Shown: positions 1-12,407, counted from the first letter of the whole stretch. The stretch is 63,803 nucleotides of DNA, filler included, from Octopus bimaculoides (GCF_001194135.2; 5 parts of 5 records of this genome joined end to end with filler, not necessarily neighbours in it); one strand, 5' to 3'. The notes: generated by a model from the letters alone, not told the origin. Made by a program: numbers and translations.

Positions 1-266
1 TATCATAGTAGGTGCCTTAGGTATAATAAAAAAATATTCAGACAAATACATAACAAAAACACCAGGACTTACAAATATATATAACATACAGAAAATTGCA
101 CTACTGGGTACTGCACACATTCTACGCAAAACACTTTCAATACAGTAAACATAAGAGCACCACAGCAAACCACAGCACATACCCAAGGCACACAGAGCTG
201 CGCTCGGTAGTGAAGTGAAAGCACGTTATAAAAATAAAACTACTGAACAATAATAATAATAATAAT
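1..266 (+). mobile_element. R4/Dong-type non-LTR retrotransposon 3' end (end of restriction-like endonuclease domain, 3'UTR, (TAA)n tail)
   Basis: Frame from base 2 reads IIVGALGIIKKYSDKYITKTPGLTNIYNIQKIALLGTAHILRKTLSIQ*, the typical RLE C-terminus (VGALG...QK.ALLGTA.ILR). A ~100-bp UTR and a TAA run follow. Bases 25-248 recur at 61376-61599. Confidence 0.85.
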
Positions 267-685
267 GCAAGATCCTATGGGATTTTATGATTCAGTGCGA
301 CCATGAGATAGAGAATAGGAAGCCGGACATAGTCTTAATTGAGAAAGAAAACAAACTATGCTGGATCGTAGATAAGGAAGAAAGAAGAGTTGAGAGATAT
401 GACAGGTTAGCGTGGGAAGTTAAGCGGTTGTGGTCGATGAAAATGGTAGCAGTCGTACCAGTAATTGTCGGAGCTCTGGGAACAGTGAGCAAAAAAATCT
501 CGAGAAGTACGTGGTACAAATAGGGGCTGCAATAAGGGTGGAGCACTTGCAGAAAACAGCATTGCTTGGAACTGCTCGACTACTCCAGAAGATGCTCGAA
601 AAATAAGAGGTATTACCTTAGTTCACTGGTAGTGAACAGCTAACACCGTAGTACATCTCCAGCGTTAGAAGCTGTGCAAAGGCAA
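267..685 (+). mobile_element. Second R4/Dong-type LINE 3' fragment (different subfamily, decayed)
   Basis: ORF 287-523 has the PD-(D/E)xK RLE signature (IQCDHEIENRKPDIVLIEK...VVPVIVGALG). After a frameshift it continues LQKTALLGTARLLQKMLEK*. It is flanked by TAA runs on both sides. Confidence 0.85.
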
Positions 686-812
<127 letters not shown>

Positions 813-982
813 CATTTCTACTATAGGCACATGGCCTGAAATTTGTGGGAAGTGTACTAGTCGATTGCATCGACCCCAGTGTTTCACTGGTACTTATTTT
901 ATCGACCCCGAAAGAATGAAAGGCTAAGTCGACCTCGGTGGAAATTATTCCCGGCGTACTACGATTCTGCCAGCTCACTGCC
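813..982 (-). mobile_element. SINE family B (central domain GTCGACTTTGCCTTTCATCCTTTCGGGGTCGATAAAATAAGTACCAG), internally deleted
   Basis: Reverse complement of the family consensus that is repeated more than 15 times in the window. Confidence 0.85.
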
Positions 983-1290
<308 letters not shown>

Positions 1291-1716
1291 AAGGAAGAGG
1301 CAGACTTATCTGATCCCACAGAATCAACTTCGTTGTTGAGCAAGATCTGGTCAAAAGATATCAAACACAAAAACGTGGCATCCTGACTTCATGATGAGGA
1401 AAAAGAATTCCGTGACATGGAGATAGATGAGATTATTACAATCACGTTGGAAAATATTCAAGCAGGAGCTGGTAAGATATGAAATTCGAAGGCGTCCGGC
1501 CTGGACCTGCAGCAAGGTTTTTTATTCAAGGAATTGACGAATTTACACCCTAGGCTATGAAAGTTCCTGCAAGGCTGTGTACAATAAGGAATTGTACCAA
1601 AATGGATAGCCAAAGGAAGAAGAGTGCTGATCCCAACGAAGTCCAGTAACTCTCGTTCGATTGCTTGTTTACCTATGATGTGGAAGCTTCTAACTGGAAT
1701 AATAGGAGAAAAGTTG
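1291..1716 (+). mobile_element. R4/Dong-type LINE reverse-transcriptase N-terminal fragment (pseudogenised)
   Basis: Reads ...KASGLDLQQGFLFKELTNLHPRL*KFLQGCVQ*GIVPKWIAKGRRVLIPTKSSNSRSIACLPMMWKLLTGIIGEK. This matches the R4-clade RT pre-domain pattern (KAPGPD.GF.FK.L..LH.RL...VP.W...GR..LI...I.CLP..WKLLT.II). Confidence 0.75.
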
Positions 1717-1966
1717 GTCGAAATGCCGCTAAACATTTTGTCCGGCTAACGATTCCGCCAGTTCACCACTTTGACCCCCTTCAATAATTATCCTTTCTAC
1801 TTTAAGCACAAGGACATGAACTTTTAGGAGACGGGGCAAGTCGATTTCATCAACCCAATGCTTAACTGGAACTTATTTTATAGACTCCGAAATGGAGAAA
1901 GGCAAAGTCGACGTCGTCGAAATTTGAACTCGAAACGTAAAGAGAGACGAAACGCCAATCAGCATT

Positions 1967-2725
1967 GTGTCCAGCGTTATAATGGAAACAGTTGGATGCA
2001 GATCATTGATCAGGTTCTTATACTTGAAAGGTCGTACACCAAATGAGACTTTCGAAGAGACGAAAGAAGTTTATGGTGACGATGCACCATCATACGACGT
2101 AGTGGAGCACTGGCGTCACCAGTTCAAATGTGATCGGACATCGGTGGAAACTGCTCCTATTCCTGGACGACCATATTCCGTCATTGATGACGACACCAAC
2201 CATAAAGTGGAAGCCACCATTTTGGAGGATCGCCGCATAACTATCTGGCAACTAGCCCAAGAAGTGAAGATAAGTGTAGGGTCCGTGGAAAAAAGTCATT
2301 CACGACCATTGCTCCCAGATTCTTTCGGCAATATGCCAAGAAAACAAACGAGGGGGACTTTTTCGGGAGACTTATCACACAGGATGAAACATGGGTCCAT
2401 CACTATGATCCTGAGACTAAAGTTAATCGAAGCAATGGAAGCATGATAACTCACCACCTCCAAAGAAGGCTCGTGTCCAACCTTCAGCAGGCAAGGTGAT
2501 GCTCACAGACTTTTGGGACCAGCACGGAGTAGTGATGATGGATTTTCTATCAAAGGGCAGCACAATTAACTGGTAATATTATGCTTTTCTGCTGCAGAAA
2601 TTGCGGGACGCCATCAAAGTAGAGAGGCGTGGCATGCTGACCAAAGAAGTCCGCCTCCTCCAAGACAACGCCCCAGTTCACAATGCGCATGCAGATGAAA
2701 GTGCACTCCTGCGGCTCAGTTTGTG
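1967..2725 (+). mobile_element. Mariner transposase remnant
   Basis: HTH region RSLIRFLYLKGRTPNETFEETKEVYGDDAPSY...W..QFK, then in shifted frames QDETWVHHYDPETK, KKARVQPSAGKVML..FWD..GV and LLQDNAPVH. Frameshifts and stops are present. Confidence 0.9.
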
Positions 2726-3039
2726 AGTTACTAAACATCACGCCATGGACGAATGAATAAAATGACAGGACAGTTTCATCACATTTATACAAAACTGTTC
2801 GACTAAATATTCCTTGTTTCTTTTCTCTTTTCTTTTTTCTTTCTTTTTCCCTTTGCCAGCTGCAAATTTGAAGATTGATGATGTGAATTTCTTCGTTTGC
2901 ATTTTTGAATTTCTTTGTTTCTTCATTGTACATTTTGAACATGAAGAAAACAGACGAGCTATCGAAATATCGTACAAATCAATAAACAATCTATTACAAT
3001 CGCATCGCGCTCTCCTTATCGTCTATTATTATTATTATT

Positions 3040-3720
3040 GTTATTTTACTTCTCAGAAAGCTTGGTCCTGTTTTTTCTGGTAGATTTTGTGAGAGCGGAG
3101 AGCAACCTGCTGTAAGAGGTCTCACAGGGTCTCTGTCCACACATTATAAGCTTTGATACTTGGTTGTTAATTATCGTGGGAAACATTCAACATCCAAGTA
3201 CCAATCTCAAAATCATAGCTTTCCCTAGCAGAGCGGTTTTGGGGGCTTGCTCTGTACTCATATCAATTCTGATTTCTCTGACATATTTCTCGAACTTGGT
3301 AGTTAGTACTCCGAGTAACCCTAGAATTACTGAAATGACAGGCACTCTCCTCAGAGTCCACATTTCGTCTTTTAGTAGTCTGTATTTTTCAATCTGTTCT
3401 AGTTCTTTGTCACTTATGTGTGCATCCCCAAGTATTGCAATATCTATGATCTGGGTTTCCAATTTACTTTTATCTACCACAATATCTTGTCTCTGAGCAT
3501 AGATTAGGGTGTTACATTGGATTGTAGAATCCCATAGTATCTTATACTCTTTGTTCTCAGTGACACTTTCTAGTTCATGTTCGCACCATTTCCATGCTCT
3601 GTTCAGGCCGTACTTTTCCCACAGCCTCCAGTCGACGAATTTATCCAGGTAATCGTGCCTCCTTTTGTGGTGATTTTGGGTCAACTTGCTACACTCTCTC
3701 AAAATATGTAAGATTATTTC
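3040..3720 (-). mobile_element. 5'-truncated R4/Dong-type LINE (third subfamily) between TAA runs
   Basis: ORF 3187-3702: CSKLTQ...RRHD...ILWDSTIQCNTLIYAQRQDIVV...IIDIAILGD...KELEQIEKY...PVISVILGLLG...ALLGKAMILRLVL. (TAT)n lies at both ends on the + strand. Confidence 0.85.
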
Positions 3721-3753
3721 GTTATTATTATTATTTTGCCCTGCGTATTAACG

Positions 3754-3791
<38 letters not shown>

Positions 3792-3819
3792 GCAACAACA
3801 ACAACAACGGTTATTATCA

Positions 3820-3945
3820 AGGCAGCGAGCTGGCAGATTCGTTAGCCCGCCAGGTGACTTCAAATTCCGCCTCGGTCGACTTTGCCTTTCATCCGTATGG
3901 GTTCGATAAAATTGCTGGCCTTGTGCCAAAATTTGAAACCAATAG
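3820..3945 (+). mobile_element. SINE family B copy (deleted)
   Basis: GCGAGCTGGCAGA..CGTTAGC head, central domain, and TTGTGCCAAAATTTGAAACC end, followed by (AGT)n. Confidence 0.8.
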
Positions 3946-3955
3946 TAGTAGTATC

Positions 3956-4014
<59 letters not shown>

Positions 4015-4849
4015 AGTGAGCAGCAGCAACAACAACAGCTTCTCTGGTCGTGAATATCGACACTGTACTTTTAAACCTTTATACAGAAATTTTCCAGCAA
4101 CGACAGTTAGATATTTCTCCATAATGATTGCTTGAGTTTTACGAGTGGAAAATGGGTTTACAGAGTCTGAATATCTCTGTAATTCATAAAATTCACACTT
4201 ATTTATCCCACCACGCTTTGGAATGTATTGACCAACATTTAGTAACAACATCGACAAGGCTGGTGTCTGAAGAGGGAAGATTAATGAGGATCAACCATAG
4301 GGCTGTGAAAGCTTAAGTCCCTTAAGTCGGTGTCTATCGTGAAAAATGTCTCTTATCAAAGCAAAAAAAATGTTAATCTTTACGAATATTTTTGAATAAA
4401 ATAAATCATTTTCGTGAGAAATAAAATACATTACGAATCGATATTAACCACGGTTAATAGAATGAGGCGGAGAGCGATACTGGTATGAACAATAACAACA
4501 GCAACAATGTCATCACCACCAACAACAGGAACAACAACAATGGTGTCAACAACAACAGAAACAAGAAAAAAATAATATTACAGAGGATAGAAAAGTTAGA
4601 AATGTAAACATCAAAAAACGACAACAAAAATTGGTTGAGAATTGAAGCAGTAATCGTATCACTCACAACAGAAAACAACAGGAACAGCAGTATCTATAAC
4701 AGCGACAAAAACAAACAATAAAGAACACAACAGCAAACGCCATGGAAAAAGAAGCAGTGCCAAGAAATATTACTCATTTGTAAAGCCATAGCATCGGTGC
4801 TTAACACTCGTTCTTGAAGAATGAGCATGTAGAACCGGTTATGACTTAC

Positions 4850-4960
4850 GTAGAAAGAGCTCGCGTGGCAGTGAATACCGAGGACAAAATCAACGATTCT
4901 ATGAGAATATGAGGCATTTAGAGATGCATAAATAATAAGAAGAAACAAAACCATTTTTCG
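4850..4960 (-). CDS. Candidate exon, unknown hydrophobic or signal-peptide-like product
   Basis: The minus strand has a poly-T tract + ACTTACGCAG acceptor, 37 open codons RKMVLFLLIIYASLNASYSHRIVDFVLGIHCHASSFY, and a TAC|GTAAGT donor. The other two frames are closed. No homology recognised. Confidence 0.3.
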
Positions 4961-5344
4961 CTGCGTAAGTAAAAAAAAAAAAAAGTGCCTGAAAAAATGT
5001 GGGTGCGGGTGTAACAATAAAAAAAAATCGGAAAAAGGAAACAGTACGGATCAGTGAAGTTTGTGCTTCAAAGGGAAGAAGAAGAGAAAAAGTACTTTAT
5101 TGACCCTTATGTCAAGCAGGAATTGAATTCAATTTCCACCTTTATGACTTCTCCCTCCACGAAAGTTATGATTCAACTCCTATCAGTTAACATAGATTAG
5201 TGGATGTGAGTGTAATGATGGAACAACATGGATAAGTAATACATTTTTCAGTCCTTCGCCTATGCGAAATACCGAGGAACTGCAGCAGATCACGGTGCTA
5301 AACCACAGCAGAATATTTTTTCTTTAAATTACTAAACCAAGTTT

Positions 5345-5785
5345 AGGCGCAGGTTTGGCTGTGTGGTAAAAAGATTGCTTCCTAACTACATGGCTCCGGG
5401 TTCAGTCCCGCTGCCTGGCACCTCCAGCAAGTATCTTCTACTATAGCCTCGGGTCAACCCAAGCCTTGTGAGTGGAATTGGTAGACGGAACCTGAAAGAA
5501 TCCTTTCGTATATATATCATGTATGTATTTATGTATGTATCTATCTATGTTTGTGTGTCTTTGCGTCTGTGTTTGTCCCCCCCCCAATCATCGCTTGACA
5601 ACAGGTGTTAGTGAGTTTATGACCCATCTAACTTTGCATCTCGGCAAAAGCGACCGATAAAATAAGTACTAGGCTTAAGAAATAAGTCTTGAGGTTGAAT
5701 GTACGACTAAAATTCCTTCAAGGCGCTACTCCAGCATGGCCGCAGTCAAATGACTGAAACAAGTAAAATAATAAAAGGATAAAAA
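5345..5785 (+). mobile_element. tRNA-derived bipartite SINE family A (full length, internal microsatellite)
   Basis: GGCGCAGG..TGGCTGTGTGGTAA head with B-box GGTTCAGTCCC, then a body, an internal TA/TATG run, and a 3' half ending CCAGCATGGCCGCAGTCAAATGACTGAAACAAGTAAAA. Confidence 0.9.
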
Positions 5786-5829
5786 AATTCCATTGTGAAG
5801 CCTTACAAAACATTGCGGTAGAAGTAGAT

Positions 5830-6498
5830 GACAAAGTAGTAACATCTTAATTTCCACTTTATCTTATGTGGTGTGGCGTTCAGCTTCAAATCCGATACCG
5901 AATTTTTGATATCATCTAGGGTTGCTGTAACTTCTGCTTCATATACGACGGATTCAATCATACATCCCTGGTCGAGTGGACAGGTTCCTGGGTTTCAACA
6001 GTTACAACTGGGAGTGGGTTTGTAGTACTGTTCTCGTGCAATGACGCTTTTCATATTGGGGCAGTATCTACATGATGATTTCACTGAGCGCCTGTTAAAT
6101 ATTTTCCTGTACCTTTGATTTCCTGGAAAATCTTAGTCTAGGAGTGACAGGAATCTTTTACCTATATTAGTTTTTACATTAAGGGAAACGAGGGGGCCTT
6201 CCTATGTCTCTTTTTAGGTCTAATATGATTATTATTATTATTATTATTATTATTCCGATTATATTACAAGGGTTGTATATTAATTTATCGTTAAAGCCAC
6301 CATTGGCTGAGCATTATGTAGTATGGGGCTGCCTTCTCGAAAATTTCTTAGAGGAAGAGAGATTCAGCTATCAGGATTTTAAATTGTACAGGTGTGAAGA
6401 TTACAAGACTGTTTATGTATACAAGAATGTTTCTCGTTGCACCTATGTTAAGGTTTATAACAGGAGTTCAGGTCTAGAGAAACATCTAAAAAATTAAC
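5830..6498 (-). mobile_element. Penelope-like element (PLE) fragment: RT C-terminus, linker and start of GIY-YIG endonuclease
   Basis: Minus-strand translation gives VNFLDVSLDL..YKP, then NVKTNIGKRFLSLLD, then FP..QRYRKIFNRRSVK...CPNMKSVI...CNC*NPGTCPLDQGCMIESVVYEAEVT. This is the characteristic PLE CNCR..CPL.G.C...VVY.A.V linker. Confidence 0.85.
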
Positions 6499-6547
<49 letters not shown>

Positions 6548-7366
6548 GAGAGGGAGGGAGCAGAGATAGTTGACATTTGTATTTCACTTTTACCCCTTTC
6601 ATCCTTCCGTTGTGTATTAAATTTACACCCAAGTTACACTTCTATTGGTTTGAGTTATTGGTGTATGCCCAGACTGGGGTACCGCAGTCAAAGGCTTTAA
6701 CTTGTTAATACCGACTCAGTTACGTATTTCAGATCAGTGAACATGTATATCAGTCTATATTTATTGGATGACTAAGTGACATTTTGATATGAAAAAAAAA
6801 AACAAATGAACAGAACATACTTATGTACCAGCAAGTTGAAAAAACCAATGGAAGCCTGGTTTCTTTGGTTCCATCTGAGATCGATTGGTACCATAAATAC
6901 GTATACATTACATGTATGTATGTATGTATGTATGTATGCATGTATGTATGCACGTATGTATGTGTGTATTTGTGTTTGTATAAAACTGTGTGACGACCTG
7001 TTGTAATTTATGTCAAAACGTAATCATCCCATGCGATAAATATATATTGATAAAAAAATTGTATGAAACTGACATACACACTTGAGTCAATATGATCGAC
7101 TTGAAATGCTTGAAGGTGATGCGGTGCCCCAGCTTGGCCTAATTCCAATACTAGAAGCGAGTAGTTGTATATAAGAGTTACTTGTATATGTTTTATCGAT
7201 CTTGGAGTGTTGAAAGGGCACAAAAAAAACAAACAAAAACTGAAAATATAGTTGTCAATCAAGTGCCGGTGTTTTTCTCTTCTCATTTCTTCTCTCTTCT
7301 TTCTTTCTCTCCCTCTCTGTCTCTCTTTGTCTCTCTTCCCTCTCTGCATACACATACACATATATC

Positions 7367-7406
<40 letters not shown>

Positions 7407-7467
7407 NNNNNNNNNNNNNNNNNNNNNNNNNNNNNNNNNNNNNNNNNNNNNNNNNNNNNNNNNNNNN

Positions 7468-7574
<107 letters not shown>

Positions 7575-7764
7575 ACATTCTAGTTAGTTACCAGTAGTAA
7601 CTGACGCCGCATAATCAATTACAATGAACGTTATAGTCATCACCATCATCATTACCGCCAACATTATCAACACCATCATCGTCATCATCATCACAACTAA
7701 GATTAGTATCGTCCTCATTATATTTCCTAGCAGTATTACTATTATCACTAAAGTCCGCTTTTAC

Positions 7765-7900
7765 ATCCTGAGTTCAAATTCCGCCGAGGTTGACTTTACC
7801 TTTCATCTTATCGGGGTCGATAAAACGAGCACTGTGGTCGATGCAATCGACTTACTCCTCCTCCTCCGAAACTTCTGGCCTTGTGCCAAAATTTGAAACC
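7765..7900 (+). mobile_element. SINE family B copy
   Basis: CTGAGTTCAAATTCCGCCGAGGTTGACTTT...TTGTGCCAAAATTTGAAACC. Confidence 0.85.
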
Positions 7901-7938
7901 AATATAATTACTATCACTATCAGCCTCTTCAAAGTCAG

Positions 7939-8025
7939 TCGACCTCCAAGAAATAGCTACCAAATCTCCCTGGAGCCACTCGACCTCCAAGAAATAGCTA
8001 CCAAATCTCCCTGGAGCCACTCGAC
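7939..8025. repeat. Perfect 41-bp tandem duplication
   Basis: TCGACCTCCAAGAAATAGCTACCAAATCTCCCTGGAGCCAC twice, plus TCGAC. Confidence 0.95.
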
Positions 8026-8059
8026 AATTCGTTAGGTTTTATATTCTTCATTGCACGAG

Positions 8060-8266
8060 TGCTATTTTTTTACTTGTTTCAGTCATTTGATCGCGATCAT
8101 GCTGGAGCACCACTTAAGACCCCCCCCCCCAGGACTTATTCTTTGTAATCTTAGTACTTATTCAATCGGTTTCTTTTGCCGAACCGATAAGTTACGGGGA
8201 CGTAAGCACGTTGACATCGGTTGTTAAGCGATTGTGGCGGGCAGGAAATACAGACTCAAACACACG
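8060..8266 (-). mobile_element. SINE family A 3' half
   Basis: Reverse complement of the family A 3' half, running into an N gap. Confidence 0.85.
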
Positions 8267-8534
8267 NNNNNNNNNNNNNNNNNNNNNNNNNNNNNNNNNN
8301 NNNNNNNNNNNNNNNNNNNNNNNNNNNNNNNNNNNNNNNNNNNNNNNNNNNNNNNNNNNNNNNNNNNNNNNNNNNNNNNNNNNNNNNNNNNNNNNNNNNN
8401 NNNNNNNNNNNNNNNNNNNNNNNNNNNNNNNNNNNNNNNNNNNNNNNNNNNNNNNNNNNNNNNNNNNNNNNNNNNNNNNNNNNNNNNNNNNNNNNNNNNN
8501 NNNNNNNNNNNNNNNNNNNNNNNNNNNNNNNNNN

Positions 8535-8923
8535 ACGATGTCATTGAGGTTGTTGTTGCTGTCGTTTAACCCCATGTCGCACTCACGGAGTAGAACTATG
8601 ATCAAAAGACAAGGCGTGGCTGTGTGGAAAGACGCTTGCTTCCTAATCACATGGACCCGAGTTTAGTCCCGCTGCGTGGCACCTTGGGCAGGTGCCTTTT
8701 TCTAGAGCCTCGGGCTGACCAAAGTCTTGGGAGTGGATTTGGTAGGCGGAAACTGAAAGGAAAAGACGCTTGCCCAAGGTGTCACGCTGCGGGACTGAAC
8801 CCGGGTCTATGTGATTGGGAAGCAAGCGTCTTACCATACAGCCACGCCTTGTCCTTTGATCATAGTTCTACTCCTTGAGCGCGACATGGGGTTAAACGAC
8901 AGCAACAACCTCAATGACATCGT
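8535..8923. repeat. Inverted duplication (~165-bp arms, 60-bp loop) containing SINE A heads
   Basis: 8535-8700 is the reverse complement of 8761-8923, with about 14 substitutions and one 3-bp indel by manual count. Confidence 0.9.
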
Positions 8924-9900
8924 TTAGTCTGCCAGAAATAGCAGTCAAATATCTCTTTAAATTACACCGTAACTGTCTTAACGATCAAATATTGCATCAC
9001 ATAATGTGTTCTAGAAGTATGTTAAGTCTGAACAAAAGATGGAATAACCATGTTTGGAATACCTTTGGTCATAAGTCTGAAGGAAATGTGAGAAGACAAA
9101 GAACAACAAAAATGAATAACAACAACAACAATAATAACAACTATTTCTAATGGTTTCCGGTTTGGCCCACCATGTTTTCGAGTGTTTTGCTTTAAAAAAG
9201 CTTAACCATAGAAGGAAATCCGGCAAAGTGTTTAATATAGTGAAGCAATGTTATGAAGATTTATAAATTACACCACAATAGGTATATAAATATTTATATA
9301 ATGAAGTATTTCCACAGATCTTACTAGTTACTTATCTATATTCTACAGCCCCACATGGGTGTGTCAGTGTTTGTAAGGATGTGGGGGGGGGGGGTGAGAC
9401 GTATATGATCGAGTGTTTCACAATTAACAAGCATCAGTTATAAAAGAAAATCGAAGATATAATAAAGAATTGCTATTTGTTATTTATTCTTTTATTAGTT
9501 CCAGACACTTAGATTAAGGCCATGCAGAAGTTTAATCGAACAAATGAACTCCAGTATTTTCAACCTAGTATTTACTAAATCGGGTACTGATGGCCGAACT
9601 GCTAGGTTATGCAGACGTAAACAATCCATACCCTTTTGTCGAACGGAGAGAGACAAACACAAACACGCATACGCTTCCGCTTAATTTTCATCAATTACCA
9701 AATTCTGTCATAAGGAGTCGGTAAGTTCAGTTCTATTATAGGAGATACTTGTCCACAGTGCCTAAAGCAAAAACAAAAACATGAGGTCGTGAAGAGAAAT
9801 TCGTAACCATACAATGCTACTTGTACCTAGCTTAGTATATTTTGCGCACTTTTAAGATAATGCAACAAGTTGGTGTATTAAGCTTCTAACAACTTTAAAC

Positions 9901-10310
9901 TAGGCGCAGGAGTGGCTATGTGGTAAGAAGCTTGCTTCGCAACCACATGGTTCCGTGTTCCGCCACACTGCGTGGTACCTTCCACTATATTGCCGGGCCG
10001 ACCAAAGCCTTGTGAGTGGATTTGGTAGACGGAAACTGAGAGAAGCCCGTCGTATATGTATATATATTGTGCATATCTCTGTGTGTGTCTTTGTGGCTGT
10101 ATTTGTCCCCCACTACTGCTTGACAACCGATGTTGGTGTGTTTACGCCCCGTAACTTAGCGGTTCGGCAAAATAGACCGATAGAATAAGTACAGCACGAA
10201 ACAAAAAGGTTAATAAGTCCTGGTGTCGATTTCTTCTGCTAAAACCCTTCAGGGCGGTGCCCCAGCATGGCCGCAGTATCAGTATGACTGATACAAGTAA
10301 AAGATAAAAG
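9901..10310 (+). mobile_element. SINE family A, full length
   Basis: Head, body, internal TA/GT run and 3' half as at 5345. Confidence 0.9.
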
Positions 10311-10445
10311 ATATGGAACGGAATTAAAAGATATGGCTAAAATATTTAAGAAGCAATGTTTATCTCCGCTTCTATATGGTTGTTCGACGTTACTACCGTT
10401 TTTAACTCCCCGGAAGAGCCTCCTCCAGCTGGTTATCGATGCAAT

Positions 10446-10498
10446 TTGCACCTGGTATATATTGCACCTGGTATATATTGCACCTGGTATATATTGCA
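10446..10498. repeat. 16-bp tandem repeat x3.3
   Basis: TTGCACCTGGTATATA repeated three times, plus TTGCA. Confidence 0.95.
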
Positions 10499-10905
10499 AG
10501 CAGCTGCTTCGCTTGTTTCAAAATATTTCAAGTATCCTAAAACATTAAATGTATGCAAGACAGTCGAGTATTTGCAAAACATGAATGGAGTTTCCACAGC
10601 CCCACTAGTAATAACATCTGTAGCAACAGCAACAGTAATAGTAACATTTGCAACATAAGGTGCAATGGCTTCAAGAAGGTCCGTTGGTATAGAAACCTAC
10701 TATGTAAATGGACGTAACTAAATAGGACAAAACATTTTTAACCAGCACCGATCATGTATTTTTGCGTATTTTTGAATGTGTCTACATTCATAGCCTTAGA
10801 TTTACACTCCTGAAGCGGTCAGTCTGTTGTCCTTGAATAACAAAGTTGATTTGATGTCGCTTAGGTCTACTCAGCTGTAATGTGTACAAGCCGAAGTGCT
10901 GCTGG

Positions 10906-10958
<53 letters not shown>

Positions 10959-11430
10959 TCCTCTTACTCTCTCTCTCTCTCTTTCTCTGTCTCTCTCTCT
11001 CTCTCTCTTTCTCTGTCTGTCTCTCTCTCACCGACTCGCACAAGCTGTCACAATCCGGATGTGCTGCTGGGTCAAGGATGAAAGATTGGGGGCGATATAT
11101 GTCTGCTTCCGACAACACATGTACTTAATACATCTAACGAAAGCACAGGACCTCTCACCAGGATATACTCGCTTGCGAGTGACAGCTGGTGGCTGCACCT
11201 ATATACATATGTGTGTGTGTGTATGTATGTATGTATGTATGTATGTATGCTTTATCCCAAAACACGTGTGTTTGAAAAGATAATCGAAAGCGCTCATACA
11301 CACTAGAAAGAAATTCTTCCAAAAAGTTTAGTGACGTTCTGATGAAGAATTTACAAATCACTTTTAAAATAGTCTTTAAAGAAATCTCTTTTATACTAAG
11401 TGAAACTGTATCAAGTATTTTCACAAAGGC

Positions 11431-11461
<31 letters not shown>

Positions 11462-11495
11462 NNNNNNNNNNNNNNNNNNNNNNNNNNNNNNNNNN

Positions 11496-11536
<41 letters not shown>

Positions 11537-11599
11537 ATTTTCATTTCATTTTCATTAAGGCAAGAAGGCCAGTTTATGGGATTTTCCTGGGTTTTCCGT

Positions 11600-12360
11600 C
11601 CATAAAGGGTTTAGCTTTTTGGCGTATCATCGGACCCCAAAACCTGTTGGCCTAAGACCTCTTCAAAATATGGAGGGGGAAAGCCTCGCTACAAAGGCAA
11701 ACAATAGGGGATTATCACACTTTGGCATTGGCTATCGACTATCCTATATTTCTCTAAAGCTACTTCCTTACTAAATCCTACCACCTCTACTCTAATAGAC
11801 CTTTTCAGATCTATTTACCAACGGTTGTTGACGATTGCATCCGACATTTTCCGATTCACTAACTTGTTAACCCGGTTTTTGCATGCTTGACGAACCGGGA
11901 AGGAGGCGTTCAGCTTCCAGTACTCGGGGCCCTGCCTATGGATGCTATTTAAGTCGACCGTGCAGATTACTAATTTCTGCTCTGTGTAGCCAACGACTAA
12001 GAATTGTGGACAAACTATGTTAACTTCTGTCTACTGGCACACAGAATACCCTAACTAAATATCATGTGGAAGACCCGGTGTTGTTTGCCCATGTCCACAT
12101 TGGTGCATTCGGAAAATCTTGTCGGTATCTGTCAGCCATTTGGAAGCGGCTGATCAGGTTTGTGAGGCTTTGACATCCCTCTCACTTGTTGGCTAGTTTC
12201 ACCCTTTCCACGTGTACATCCAAAATAGCATTCCAATTGCCCACTAGCACTAAAGAGCCTGACGTCCCAAGAGAAAAACCCAAGCTTCCGTAGGAATCTG
12301 GCTGCCCCGCCCTAATCGGAGCGTGCACAGCGACTAGTCTAAAATCACAACGTTCACCTC
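11600..12360 (-). mobile_element. Tx1/L1-clade LINE, AP-endonuclease fragment
   Basis: Minus strand reads FRLVAVHAP...LVLVGNWNAILD...ADRYRQDFPNAPMWTWAN; it is paralogous to 14400-14860. Confidence 0.75.
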
Positions 12361-12407
12361 CCTTTCAAAATATTTACTGAAGACAGTACTTCACTCTCTA
12401 CCCAGAC

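Noticed and set aside
5345-5420. Functional tRNA genes
   Set aside because: All tRNA-like segments are SINE heads with broken acceptor or anticodon stems. No intact cloverleaf, rRNA or CRISPR array was seen.
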